DNA from: Azolla caroliniana
Taxonomy: Eukaryota > Plantae > Polypodiophyta
Length of the DNA: 64,000 nucleotides
NCBI GenBank assembly: GCA_043228905.1
Contig: JBHGNT010000015.1
Coordinates: 19,902,001 to 19,966,000, forward strand
Direction: 5' to 3'
Positions 38,501-50,200 of the stretch are shown one piece after another (within the stretch, counting starts at the first letter, position 1; each line of letters opens with the position of its first letter). The notes below the pieces were generated by a model. It saw only the letters and a list, made by a program, of their open reading frames with translations, was not told where the DNA came from and made no database searches. Position numbers and translations under genes: made by a program.

Positions 38501-38953
38501 GGTTATGCCCGCCAAGGTGAGACCAGAGTGGTTTTTCAGCTTTTTGAGCAAATGAAGGTGGATGGAGTAGATCCAGATGGAGTAATATTATTGAGCATTC
38601 TTAGTGCATGTAATCATGGAGGCTTTGTGGATATAGGGCAACGAATTTTTGGGGTTATGATTGAAGAGTATTGTATCAGTCTAGATATTGAACATCACAA
38701 CTGTATGATTGATCTTCTAGGCCGAGCAGGGCAGCTTGGTAAAGCTATGTGTTGGTTGTCTGTGATGCCTTTTCAGCCTAATTGTGTGACATGGAGTAGC
38801 ATTTTAGGTGCTTGCCAAAAATGGAGCAATAGGGAACTCGGCCAAAGGGTTTTTGAACTTGCATCAAAATCAATTAGTCAAGACTCTGATGCATTTTATT
38901 TAATGTACAACATATACACAGATGACACAGAATACGACAGGAGCTGGTTGTAA
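35504..38953 (+). CDS. PLS-class pentatricopeptide repeat protein with C-terminal E domain, no DYW; 1149 aa, intronless
   Basis: Repeating ALVDMYAKCG/RDVVSW..LI.GY/P..VTF...LKAC triplets. E-region EHHNCMIDLLGRAG..MPFQPNCVTWSSILGAC. The stop comes before any PG box or DYW domain. Confidence 0.95.
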   Translation: MEVPTKLAIMEVTVTHPSSVWTSTTPFQNGRKSPVQYDVENNAQIYVKINDVKSNSLSDVKSNGRKDVKRNAPKTVERNAQSDVKRNAEALSFDSPSKTPGFYMHENDVIYFSKLLSIETFVGILCKCRVKRNSTYAQLIYFHLCFHGLDCHKALRGMIMLTFVECGRTKDAERVFYRHMEGNSSFWCSLLEVCLTLGEYDLAFELVPEMEHDYVLMDTNAIQSLLKSCAKRRYIRQGRSIHAHIVSEGMEEDGLIGSSIVEMYANCGALSEARDVFDEIPIRDVVTLTILSSAYADHGFDRDASYFLEQIRMEDVVPNVGMLLCSLKACKKTRSVGKGRELHIQISKWGLESNTFIGSALLDMYAKCGLLAEAHHVFDGILSRDVISWTALIAGYADNGHITSALHCLEKMKTEGVFPNSVTFLCILRGCTNITTIARGQEVHLEAVKEEFEKDPVIGSALVDMYVKWGSLAEAQAVFEELPVRDVVLWTTLIAGYAEQGLDEEVLKCLEKVQAEGVSMDAIMFVHSLKACGSVGAIRRGQKIHAEVVKEGFELNSFVGSTLMDMYAKNGLLLEALEIFHELPERDVISWTTLITGYVEYELPDKVRESLEEMQQEGILPSDVTLACSLQAYGNFGFIDEGCKVHIDIVKRGFERDPFVANALLALYAKCALIAEVWKVFDDMAVKDVVSWNTLITCLAEQELNNEALKLLEEMQFEGIYPNDITVLCCLKACGSLGAIEIGRETHMVITKLGLEKYPFVWNTLVDMYAKCGYCAEVNELFNKTPSRDVVSWNILLSEFVERKHYEKGLYCLQEMEEDKVTPNVGTFVYGLKCCGSIPSLDEGHILYTKIVRHGCEVDDLLGGALIEMYAKCGMLMEAKNVFDRLLYRDTAWNPLISGYADNGFVNEALSSYDLMQAEGTPPDATTFISVVKTCGLTGSINRGREVHLLAVKEGFEDNPYVFKVLIDMYAKCASLIDAHYLFLRLDSRDLIVWSAIITGYARQGETRVVFQLFEQMKVDGVDPDGVILLSILSACNHGGFVDIGQRIFGVMIEEYCISLDIEHHNCMIDLLGRAGQLGKAMCWLSVMPFQPNCVTWSSILGACQKWSNRELGQRVFELASKSISQDSDAFYLMYNIYTDDTEYDRSWL

Positions 38954-39708
38954 AAGTTGAGCTGAGAATTGCAGTTTTTATGCATGAAATGTGCAAACTT
39001 GGCCCATGATGTTGTTCAAGAAATGTTCCAATGAATAACTAATGTCATGTGACCAAGTTACCTTAGCATTAAGATAGACATCGTAGAACTGACTGTTGCT
39101 CTATCAGATTGATCTATCAGAGAGAACATGGTTGGCAAATGGAATGATTTGGAATTGCAGTGATAGAAAGATGCAACTATGATTTTGTGACTGAGCATGG
39201 CGATCTTGGTATTTGTGCACCAACCTCAATTGTAAAAAATACTAAGTAGGAATTTGCAATCCCTTGGTATACTGTATTAAAAACTTCAATAAGGTAATCG
39301 AGTATGCCAACATAGCATGTGCACATTGCACATGTTGTATTTTTTTAGAAGCAATGAATCAAATATCCATACTATGGCCTTTTTTGGAGTCTTACCGTCC
39401 AAATCAAAGGAAATTATTTGGAAGAGGAACATATGGATTCTTGGAAGATTTAAATGAGAAAAGAAAACACCACTAAAACAAGAAAATGCTATGAAACATA
39501 TTTTAAACATGTTGTGATGATGATGATATTGATCAATAGCTGGCACCTCCTCTCTTTGGTCAATGCTAAAGCCTATATTGGTCCACACATCATAGCTTTA
39601 TGAGTATTTAGATGAGTGATTTGCTCATTGTGCAGTGTGTTTGAACAAGGCGATACGTGTTGAACTTCCTCAAATAATCCCCATTTTTTAAGATCCCCAT
39701 AGATTTTA

Positions 39709-39996
39709 GGGAAAAGTACCAGGATACCCTTGGAAGTTCGTCTATTTACCAGAATGCGCCTGGAAGTTCCAATTTTACCAAACTACCCCTATGTCCAAAA
39801 AATTACACTTTATAAAGTAATTATACACTCAAATCTTTGGTAAATAGGGCTAGTTTAGGTCCATTTCTTCCATCTTTGTTAAATAGGGCTTTATAAAGTG
39901 TAATTTTTTGGACATTGGGGTAGTTTGGTAAATTTGGAACTTCCAGGGCCATTCTGGTAAATAGAGGAACTTCCAGGGGTATCCTGTACTTTTCCC
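39709..39996. mobile_element. Mutator-like MITE (288 bp) with ~105-bp TIRs and 9-bp TSD
   Basis: gggaaaagtaccaggataccc...gggtatcctgtacttttccc with long inverted arms, flanked by tagatttta at 39700-39708 and 39997-40005. Confidence 0.9.
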
Positions 39997-40912
39997 TAGA
40001 TTTTATTATCATCCATGAAGGCTAGATATTTCATGTGGAACCAAAAGGGGAAACATTTCATGCAATATGCATGGGGTTGCAGAGATGAGGCGGGATTTTG
40101 GCCGCTTCAAGCTCCAGGAAGCTCTTTTGGAGCAGTGTGGAGGTTGCATCACAATTTATATGGCCTATCACATTGATATGGCCTATTGCCAGGGAACTCG
40201 TTTTTTGAATTGATGATTTTGCTTACTCAACTTAAGCAACATGGATCTTAGTTTAGGAGCTTCATCAACTTTGGTGAGCCTGTTCTTTTGTGCAACATAA
40301 ACATTGATTTTCGTTGAAGGACTTGGTCACCAAATAAACATAAACATAAACATGGTGCCTTGTTAACATGGACATGAGAATATTTTTTATTATGTGAGAT
40401 CTCATCATCTTTGCAATCGAAGATGTTATGGTGCCTCGTTCACAGAGATTCTTTCAATAACTCATTCTTCTATTTGCGACTAATGATTTTACCACGTCAC
40501 CAATAACCCAACCTATATTTTCGTTTTGAGAACTCATTGTCGCCTTCTCCTCGCAATAAAATATGGAGAAATGAATAACGCAATGGAAGTGCGGAAGTAA
40601 AGTTTTGAAATCTAAAACCTTAACGTTCAGAGTTAAAGGAAGGAAGGGAGAATCGAGCTATTGTGGAGATGGCAAATTAATGTTTTAACTACATATTTGG
40701 ACATAGAGAGGGTAGGGGTAGTAGGGGTATGGCATGGATTTCTCGAAAACATGAGGGGTATTCTGGGAATTAGCTATTTCTCTACATTATATGTACAACA
40801 TATGTATATGAAGAAATTTGGTGTTTTCTTTTTGTTTTGTTCTGTTTTGTTTGCCTTCTCGCTGTCTGTTGTGCTCTGTCTCCTTGGATCACACCGCCCA
40901 CGCGAGCGGGCG

Positions 40913-41160
40913 ATGGTCATGGCCCATGGCGATGGCGATGGCGATGGCGACGGAGACAGCGATGGAGATGTCCCTGTCTACCTCCCTCATTTCGCAGATG
41001 AAGAGGTCCGAGCGCTCAACGACCTCGTCATCCAATCCCAAAAGGCCCTTCTCCATGTCGAGGTGAGTGCAGAGAAACAGATGAGAAACCTTAAAACGTC
41101 TACTAGAGGCCAAAATTGTTCTATGAGACGGGAAATTACGTCTTAGAATGTTGTCTCCTC

Positions 41161-41223
<63 letters not shown>

Positions 41224-44200
41224 CTCTTCCCTTGGAGGGGTGTTCTTCTGATTTATTCGAAATTCAGCATGCCCTCTCTATCCATTGAGGCGCAACACTA
41301 AATTGGGTGTAGTATCAATGTTTGTGTTTTTCACATGCAATTAGTATAATTGTGTGTTTTCATGAGAGGGAGAGAGATACCCGTCTATAAGAATCAGTCT
41401 ATGGGAAATTAACCATCTGTTAAGAGGCAGATTTGACTTATGAGACAAATAATTATTACGGATATTGGCGAATTCAAGGTATCCATACTGCAACAGAAAT
41501 CAGTGATATGCGATAGCTGCTTCATCTTGTGCTGAGATAAGGTTGATTCCCTATGCCATTGAAGCTCCAACAGCCTTGTGCAGAGCCCCTGGATCAGCCT
41601 TCTCCATCATCTTTCACACTGTGGTGATCTCTGCGAAGAGTGTTGTGCATACTTCTCGCTGATGTGATTAACATATTTTAAGAGGCCAAAATGGCCGATA
41701 AGACCAAAATGGAGATTACATCTTTAGTGTTGTCTCGTCTTTGAGAACAAGAAATCAAAATAAAATAAATATTAGTATAATTGTGTGTTTTCATGAGAGG
41801 GAGAGAGATACCCGTCTATAAGAATCAGTCTATGGGAAATTAACCATCTGTTAAGAGGCAGATTTGACTTATGAGACAAATAATTATTACGGATATTGGC
41901 GAATTCAAGGTATCCATACTGCAACAGAAATCAGTGATATGCGATAGCTGCTTCATCTTGTGCTGAGATAAGGTTGATTCCCTATGCCATTGAAGCTCCA
42001 ACAGCCTTGTGCAGAGCCCCTGGATCAGCCTTCTCCATCATCTTTCACACTGTGGTGATCTCTGCGAAGAGTGTTGTGCATACTTCTCGCTGATGTGATT
42101 AACATCTTTTAAGAGGCCAAAATGGCCGATAAGACCAAAATGGAGATTACATCTTTAGTGTTGTCTCGTCTTTGAGAACAAGAAATCAAAATAAAATAAA
42201 TATTACTAAGTAAATATAAAAATAAATAAGATAAAAAGAGACTAAAGAATCTGGTTTTCAGCACATGTGAGATTCTCAAGTTAAATATATTATAACTTTT
42301 TTCTTCGAAAGATCTCTAGCATAGGTTGATCCAGAATGGAGAGGTCTACGAAGTGAGGGAAGCACTTGCAGTGATAGGAGATAATGGTCTTTATCTGTCG
42401 ATGACAAGGGTGCAGAGGTCGTTGTCAGTGGGGCCAAGGCCTATTGAGTGATCTATTGTAACCCCTTGTTATGTCCTGGTTGGGAGCCTATTTGTGTATC
42501 CCGTGATTGACTTGTAGCATTAGTAGGAGTGATGGGGCTAAAGAAAGTTGTGATTGTTCTTTGTGGATGAGCTTATGTGACTGTACTATTGTCCTTCAAC
42601 AACTTTTCCCTAAATGTTTCTCTTTTTGATGCTCAACATGGTATTTTTTCATGACTGCTGATTGAGGGACCTCTTATTAGGGCAGGTCTCCCCCCATTGC
42701 ACTCTTAGTGGATTTGAGCAGCAGAAGGTGTAGCTCTTTGTCACTTTGTGAAACAAATTTGTCACATACATATCACCTATGACATAAACCCCTATGCCGC
42801 CTGATGTTTTATGTTGATGTTCTGTTAGTGTTTGTGTTGCTGTTAGTTCTGTATATTATTACAACACATTGTTTTACAAGAAAAATGAAAACAAGAGAGA
42901 GTGAGTTTCTGCACATCTATCAGGAATCTATTCAAGAACAAGATGATAGGACCACCGCCATGGAACAACACATGTGGAGATTAGAACAAGAAATATGTCG
43001 AACACAATGCTGTTCTGATGCTAAGAGGAGGGAGATTGCAACCGAAGAACATTTGAAAAAGCTCTCTGAAATGGAAGTTGCAAGGGTTCAGGTAAATAGG
43101 AACTGGAAAGTAAACAGAGTGGGATATTATTTAATGCAAATGGAGAGTTTCTTATTGTGAGAAGAATGATGTTGTCTGCAACAGCGTGATATTCTTCGAA
43201 TACAGAAAGAAAATGAGGAAACTATAAGCTCTGTACATGCTCTCACTGCTTCCATGTTCAAGGCCAATGAGAAAATGGAGCAATTTCAGTATCTCATGCA
43301 ATGGAACAAGGTTAGATACGTTATTCATGAATGAGCTATGATCATATGGTTCGTGATGAAGATATATTACCCGTCCGGAGCTATTTGTTTTGCTCTTGAT
43401 TCCAAGAAACCATTTTCTCATTCACTGGTTTGTGACAGAGCAGGAAGAGTTAGATCAGTGGAGCAAAGCGGCAGAACAAAAAGATGAAGACAATTTTGCT
43501 ATTCAAATGTATACCAAAACTGATAATGCAAAACTTAAAGAATTATATCTTGAAGCTGAGAAGGCTTCGACAGATGTGTGCACACTGCAACAAATATTGG
43601 ATACGGAGGTTACATCCACTCAAAGTGCACAGATAGAGCTTGACAAAACTGCTGAAGTATTCAAGTAGTCTTCAATTTTTTCATTGATATCTTTTTTAAT
43701 GTATTAAATGAATGAGAAATACACCAGAATGTTGTAAAAATATGTTTAAATATTGTTGAAACTTGTATGCAATTAGAGGTTTTTATATTCTTACCCTGGA
43801 GGTAATCCAAATGTGCATTCTTGGCTCACGTTGATATTCATATTCAGAATTCTGTCTAAGGAGACATGACTATGTAGGTACCCAATCTGATTACAGTGTC
43901 TTAAGTTGGTCCTATGATGCTAATACCCCATTTTTAGTGATTTTCTGTTATGTTGACATTATATACGCTTCAATCACTATTACAATTTGACATTAAGTTA
44001 TCACACTCCCATGTGTGGGCTTTGTGCTCTAACATAATACAAATTTTGTATTATGGCACATATCTAGATTCCATGATAGTTTGATACGATTTCCTGGAAA
44101 GACATCTTATTATACCTCATGTATCTGGATTATTTACTCATAAATTTAATGCTGTGGTAAACTGTGGTTGTTATTGAACATCGTACTTCTATTCTTGAAA

Positions 44201-47200
44201 CATGCACAACAAAATGTAAATATCTAGAGTTGCCTTCGTGAACGTTAAAGATGCACATGAAAATGAAAAATTCAGCTAACTAATGTATTGTTTGATAATC
44301 TTAAAATGATCTACCTTGTAGAACATTGCACAATGAAAGGAAAGATCTGATACAGCTGTGGGAGGATGCTGTTGACACAATACATAAGAGAGATGAGGCC
44401 ATCCATAAAACTGCCGAAGATTTTGCAAGAAAGAAATCTCAACTTAGACAAGAGAAGCATCAGTTGGATGAGTTAGCTGAAAAGCTTGCTAAAGAGATCC
44501 TCATGAATGTATGTGAGTCTTCTCTTGAGGCAGATAGTGATTTGCAGCAGAATTTGACATCCAACATTTTCGAAATTGTTTGTATGTTTGCAGAATGAAC
44601 TTGAAAAGCAGCTGATTAGCAAAGAAGAAGAATCGGTCAAAGCTCAGGAATATTTTCAAAAGGAGTCAGCAAGGTAATCATGCTCTATGTCTTCAAGTTG
44701 AGAAAAAACATGACTTTGGAATTAATTACAAGTTCAATAAGCTTGAATTTTCTTTCTAACAAGCAAACATAAATTTTTGACATTCTGTTTATAGGGTTTA
44801 GGGTTTACTTTCATGCAAACACTACTTATGCAATTTTCTAGTTTGTCCAATGTCATGGAAAGGATGAATTGGCATTTCTATGCCTGTGAGGAAGACAGGA
44901 AAACTTGTCTCACATCACATGTTAAGAAGCATCTATGTACTAAACCTGATAATGCATACAAATGACATCATGTTGGGTTTTGTGCTATGTGACAGTATGA
45001 AGGAAGCTGAGCACGAGCTGCTTTTGATGAAAAAAAATCTAGAACTTGCAACTGCACAGTTATCTACATCTAAGTCTCAGAAACGGCAAGCTGATGAGGT
45101 GCAAATAACCTGTTTTGACTTTCATTGAGGATGCAAACCTATCTTTAAAAGGATGTAAGCGTATACTTGGGCAATCACCTCTGTATGAAATGACTCTGTG
45201 TTTATATTTGTCTCTGCAGGAACTTGAGAAGAAGAAAGCAAAGCTTGATGAGTTGTCCAAAAAGCTGCAACAAACAAGACACAAAGTTGAAGATGAATAT
45301 GCACTGCTAGACACATTGGACAAGAAAAGGCAAGAACTTGAGAGAATTTTAACTGAAGAAGAAGCTAATCTCAGTTCAGCAAAAAAAGAGGTGCATTTGG
45401 TGAAAGAAAAGCACTATGAGGCTTCTGCGAAGCTGGGTATTCTGTGTGAAAAAGGTCTGATTTCAATAATGTTTACATGTAATTCATGGGAATTTTTTAA
45501 TGACAATAAAATATTTAGTTAAGTTGATCACTTTACAAACTTCTTTCCAATAAATTTTCTTATGACTTCTACTGATTAAATATTCAGTTTCACAAATGAT
45601 TGATGTGTCAATGTCATCTGCAGAAAAAGATACCATCTACGAAATCAAAGGATCAAACACTCAGTCAACAGCTTTGACTCATAAAATACATCATATGGAA
45701 GAAAATGTGCTAAAACTTGATGAAATGCTCTATTCAGCGGATTTTGAGATTCAATGTCTTGAAAGAAAGGTTGCAAGAGCTAGTGGAGAGAGAAGCAATT
45801 TAGAGTCAAAAGAATTGAAAGAGAAAATGATTGACCTTGAAAAGGAACATGCGGATAGAAAATCAGAGGAAACTTTGGTGATTTCACAGGTTTATTATAC
45901 TTTCTTTCTCTTCTTTGCTTATTTTTCCAGTGTGATTTTGCTAACTCTCATAAGTCTTTCAGTGTTTAAAATATTTCATATTGTAATCCTAGATGAGAAA
46001 CCAGAACTAAGAACAAGGATAAGATTTGTTCATAGCAAATTCAAAATATGATTTCAACGTTGTATGATCTGCTCGGTGTTGTAGATTAAGAAAGCAGAAG
46101 ATGATGGCAGGGCAGCAAAGAGGAAAAACGAAGACTTACTGAAGAAGTTGTCTGATTTTGAAGATAAAACTTCTGAGCTAACACTTGCATCAGAGACTGG
46201 TCTCCTTGCAGTAAAGGTACTCTTCCATATATCTAGAATTTAATTTTTTCTAAGAAAAGAATTGCTTAGGCTTCTGTAAACTGATTTTGCCACTAGTAGC
46301 CACTAGGAGAGGTGATGCCTGTGGTAAGATGTTTGAATCACACCAATTTCTGGATGGTTGTCTTTTGGACACTTATTCTTATGATTTCTCAAATTAACTT
46401 CTATAAGATTAAAGTAATATGAATGCGTAATATTCAATTTCTAATGGCACAATGATAATTGTATTCCACCCAAGACAATATTCATTTCAGTGCCTGGCAC
46501 ATATATTCTGTGCAATGCATGTCATGATTCATGTTATCAGCACATTGATTGTGCCCAGTACTACAGTAAAAGTATTGCTGACAATCTAAGATCTTATACA
46601 TGAGATCTAGTGTTACCTAAATGGAACAGACTATTAGTTGTGTGGTTAGCCTTTCTGAATTCATTAAAATTTTATTCCACACCTTATCACAGTCAATGGT
46701 GAAAGAAAAAGAAGAGAAAATGCTGGCTCGTGATTTGCTGCAAATGGAAGTCAATAGATTGCATGGCATCTTGAATATAAAAACAGGTTTCAAATCATCA
46801 ACTCAATTTTTGTAAGTTAATAAATCGTATGCATACTATTTCCCAGATTAAATATATATTTGCTTTTGAAATACTATAGTCCTTGTTAGAGACATAGACT
46901 AATGTAAGCATGAGATAAGGATAGAAAATAGATAAATAGATAGAAAGGAGAGAGAGAAAGAAGGGTGCCGATCCACCCGACCACCCCCGAGCGAAGGGAT
47001 CAAGACGGACTCGAGCCTCGATCGGCGTCCCATACCACCGCCGTGGTGTCGAGTCGTACCTGATGCTAGTGCGCTAGCTACAAGAGTTGACCCACCACAA
47101 GGCAGAGTCTCGACGTAGTCAACAAGATCATCAAATGAGGGTAGCTAGGCCTCTTATTTATAACGATACCCAAGGCCCCCAGGCAAGTTCACGCTTGGCC

Positions 47201-50200
47201 TAATGAGTTGTCTCAATCCCGAGGATTAAAAGTAATCCTCCCCTTCTTTACACTCTCATTTAACCCTCACACTTATCCATGTGTATAGAATACTACGGTA
47301 AATTCTCACCACGGGATATTATATAGTCATGCCCGTAACCCGTAACAGTCCTAAATGTAGCCAAAAATTTAGAGATAGGGGCATATCTTTACTTAATAGC
47401 CATCTTCCATCTGGGTTTCGGGATGCATTACACTATAACATTGTCAGGAAATCTCACATGTCCTATAATCAAGGGCGCTAATGTGACACTCTGTAGGAAT
47501 GAGCTTTACAACTTATCCGAAGTGACACTCCATGGGAGTGACATCTTCTTACTGTTTTTGTCTTTTTTTTATGTCTGTGATGAGGTTTTAACATTTAGCT
47601 CTTCCAAATGCTGGTTTGAAGACGATCAACATCTGCAATCCAATTGTAAAAATTATGTTTTCCTCTTTCAAAAGTTATACTGCCACATCTTCTATTTGTG
47701 ATAATATGTTGATCCATTTCTGCATGAAAAATTCCAATAACCCTACCCGTCTACAATTACTGTAGGGCATCTTTTTATCAAATCATTTTTACATCCTACT
47801 GTTTTTACATGATAATGCAGATACTGTTTATGGAATGGAGGATATGAGAAAAAGGCTTAAGATGGGAATGGAAGAGAAAAAACAGGAAGTAGAATCCCGA
47901 TTGAAAAATCAGTGTAAAGAATTGAAGATGCTTCAGCAACAAATTCATTGCCTTGGGCTTCAAAAAAGAAAACTTTACATTTATTGTGAGAAGGTGGATT
48001 TGTTCTTCATTTTCCATATTAATTAAGAATATATTACTGGTAGTGGCCTGCCTAAACCCAAAGTTCTTCATTTAACATTAAATAAATACAGTTGCAAGCA
48101 AAGTATGAAGCTGTACTCAAGAGAACAAAATTTGAAGATGGTCAGATACGTTCACCTCAGCATTTTTTAGAAAAAGCAGAGAAAGAAAGAAATCTTATGC
48201 AAGAACAAGGGTATAAACTTGAGCAGCAAGTTAATCAGGTATACATTCTATACAGAGCTTAAATACAGAGCTTAAGATTAGAGCAAATGAATTTTGAAAC
48301 CTGGATTCATCATCAGGCCCTCTTATATGGACATGCATCCAGCAAACTTCTTCCCATTAGTTGAAGGATATGCATGAATATCTATAGAAGAAGGAATTTG
48401 CCAATTGTGTCATCAGGGAATGGAATCTGAAGAACGATATGTTTGTCATTGTAAAGTTTTTTTATGTAATAAGAGGGAGATACTATTGCCTCTTTAAGGA
48501 AGGCTTTGGAGTACCAACAGTGCATGGGGCTTTTCTTGCTAGAGCTAAGAGACACAGGGAGAAGTTGTTGGACAACAATATTGCTATGTTTGTCATTGTA
48601 CTATTTTTTTATGAAATAAGAGGGAGATACCATTGCCTCTTTAAGCAAGGCTTTGGAGGACCAACAGTGCATGGGGGCTTTTCTTGCTAGAGCTCAAGAG
48701 ACACAGGGACAAGTTGTTGGACAACAATATAGCCACACAAGCTCATCAACAAAGAACAATATAGCCACACACGCTCAGGCTACAAGTCAATCAAGGGTTA
48801 CACAAATGGTTTCCCAACCAGGATTTTGCAAAGGGCAATAGCAATTTGTCATGCATGTAGACCCCAGCTGCATGGACCAAGATCTCACGACCCTTATCAT
48901 CAACATATAAAGGCGATAATCTTCTGTCATTGTTTTGGAGATCTCTCCATTCTAGATTGTCCTATGCTAGAGATCTTCTGAAGGCAAAAATAACAAATAT
49001 CTGACTTGAGAATCTTATATAGATGACAAGATTCTTTAGTCACGTCTTATCCTTTCTATTAATTTTTCACATAGTTACCCTTTTTTGGTTGTTGCTTCAA
49101 AGATGAGACCATCTTAAGATGTAATCTCTGGAAAGACATGAATATATCTTCCTTTTTTCTTTCTCTGTCTATGTGAGATGTTATAGAGGACCAGAAACAA
49201 CGATTCACCTGCGCTGGGTTTATTCATCAACAAGGAACTTTTATGTATAAACTCAAAGGCAATCTTTGACTCAGTTTTCTGAAGATATATATTAGAAAAT
49301 CCTTTTGGTTGTTTGGCTCCTTTCCTAATCAGTTACAGGGCAATGCCTTTCTTTCCATTGGATCAGCTTTTGGGCATTTTGGAGCATTTGGATGATCCAG
49401 AATCATGTTTTTTTTTCCAGCTGGCTATTTCTGAGTTTTGTTCCTTCAAGTCCTTTTTTGCAATAATCTTTTTATATTGACTCTAAGTTGTAGAAATTCT
49501 GCCATGTATATTTCAATTTTATATTTGAGTGTTTTTGACCACTGAAGATTTGTAGATTTTTTGTGGGTTTGAACATCACATGAGGTTTCCCACCAGCAAT
49601 ATATGTTTGCTAAAAAAAGAGAGAAACTATGCTTTAATTATTCTTGTTTTTTTTGTCGAAACATGTTATTGGCAAGATCTCTTTTGATGGAGCCTCATTG
49701 CAACAAAGATATAAAGGAGGAAATTAAGATGGCTAAACATAGATGGCCTGCCTCTAAAATAAGTTCATTCATGAAATTCTTGATGGCATGAATTTGAAGA
49801 TAAGTTTCGCTCTCTTAATTTCAGAAGCAAATTAAGAATTTCAAAATTGTAGCAATCCTGTCTTCTGGAAAGGAGTTTTTCATGAGGTCATGAACTTATT
49901 TCAAAGACAAACCATAAGGTCTGGCTCACGTGCTGAATCTGTATTGCTACAGCATACAGAATTCTTGTTTGATTTCACAGATTTCAAGGGGCTGTTGTCT
50001 CATCAAATATGTTTAATAATATTTATAGAATATCTAAACGGTTTTCTTTAAATTTATGTCCTTTCTATGAATATCTGCTCATTCCATCTATCAAATGTAT
50101 ATTGTTATGGCACGTTCTTCTTTCAGGTAGAACAGGAGATCCAAATTTTGGAAGCAGCTATGGAAGATGTTAAAGAAGCAAATGAGGTTTTGCGTCACAG

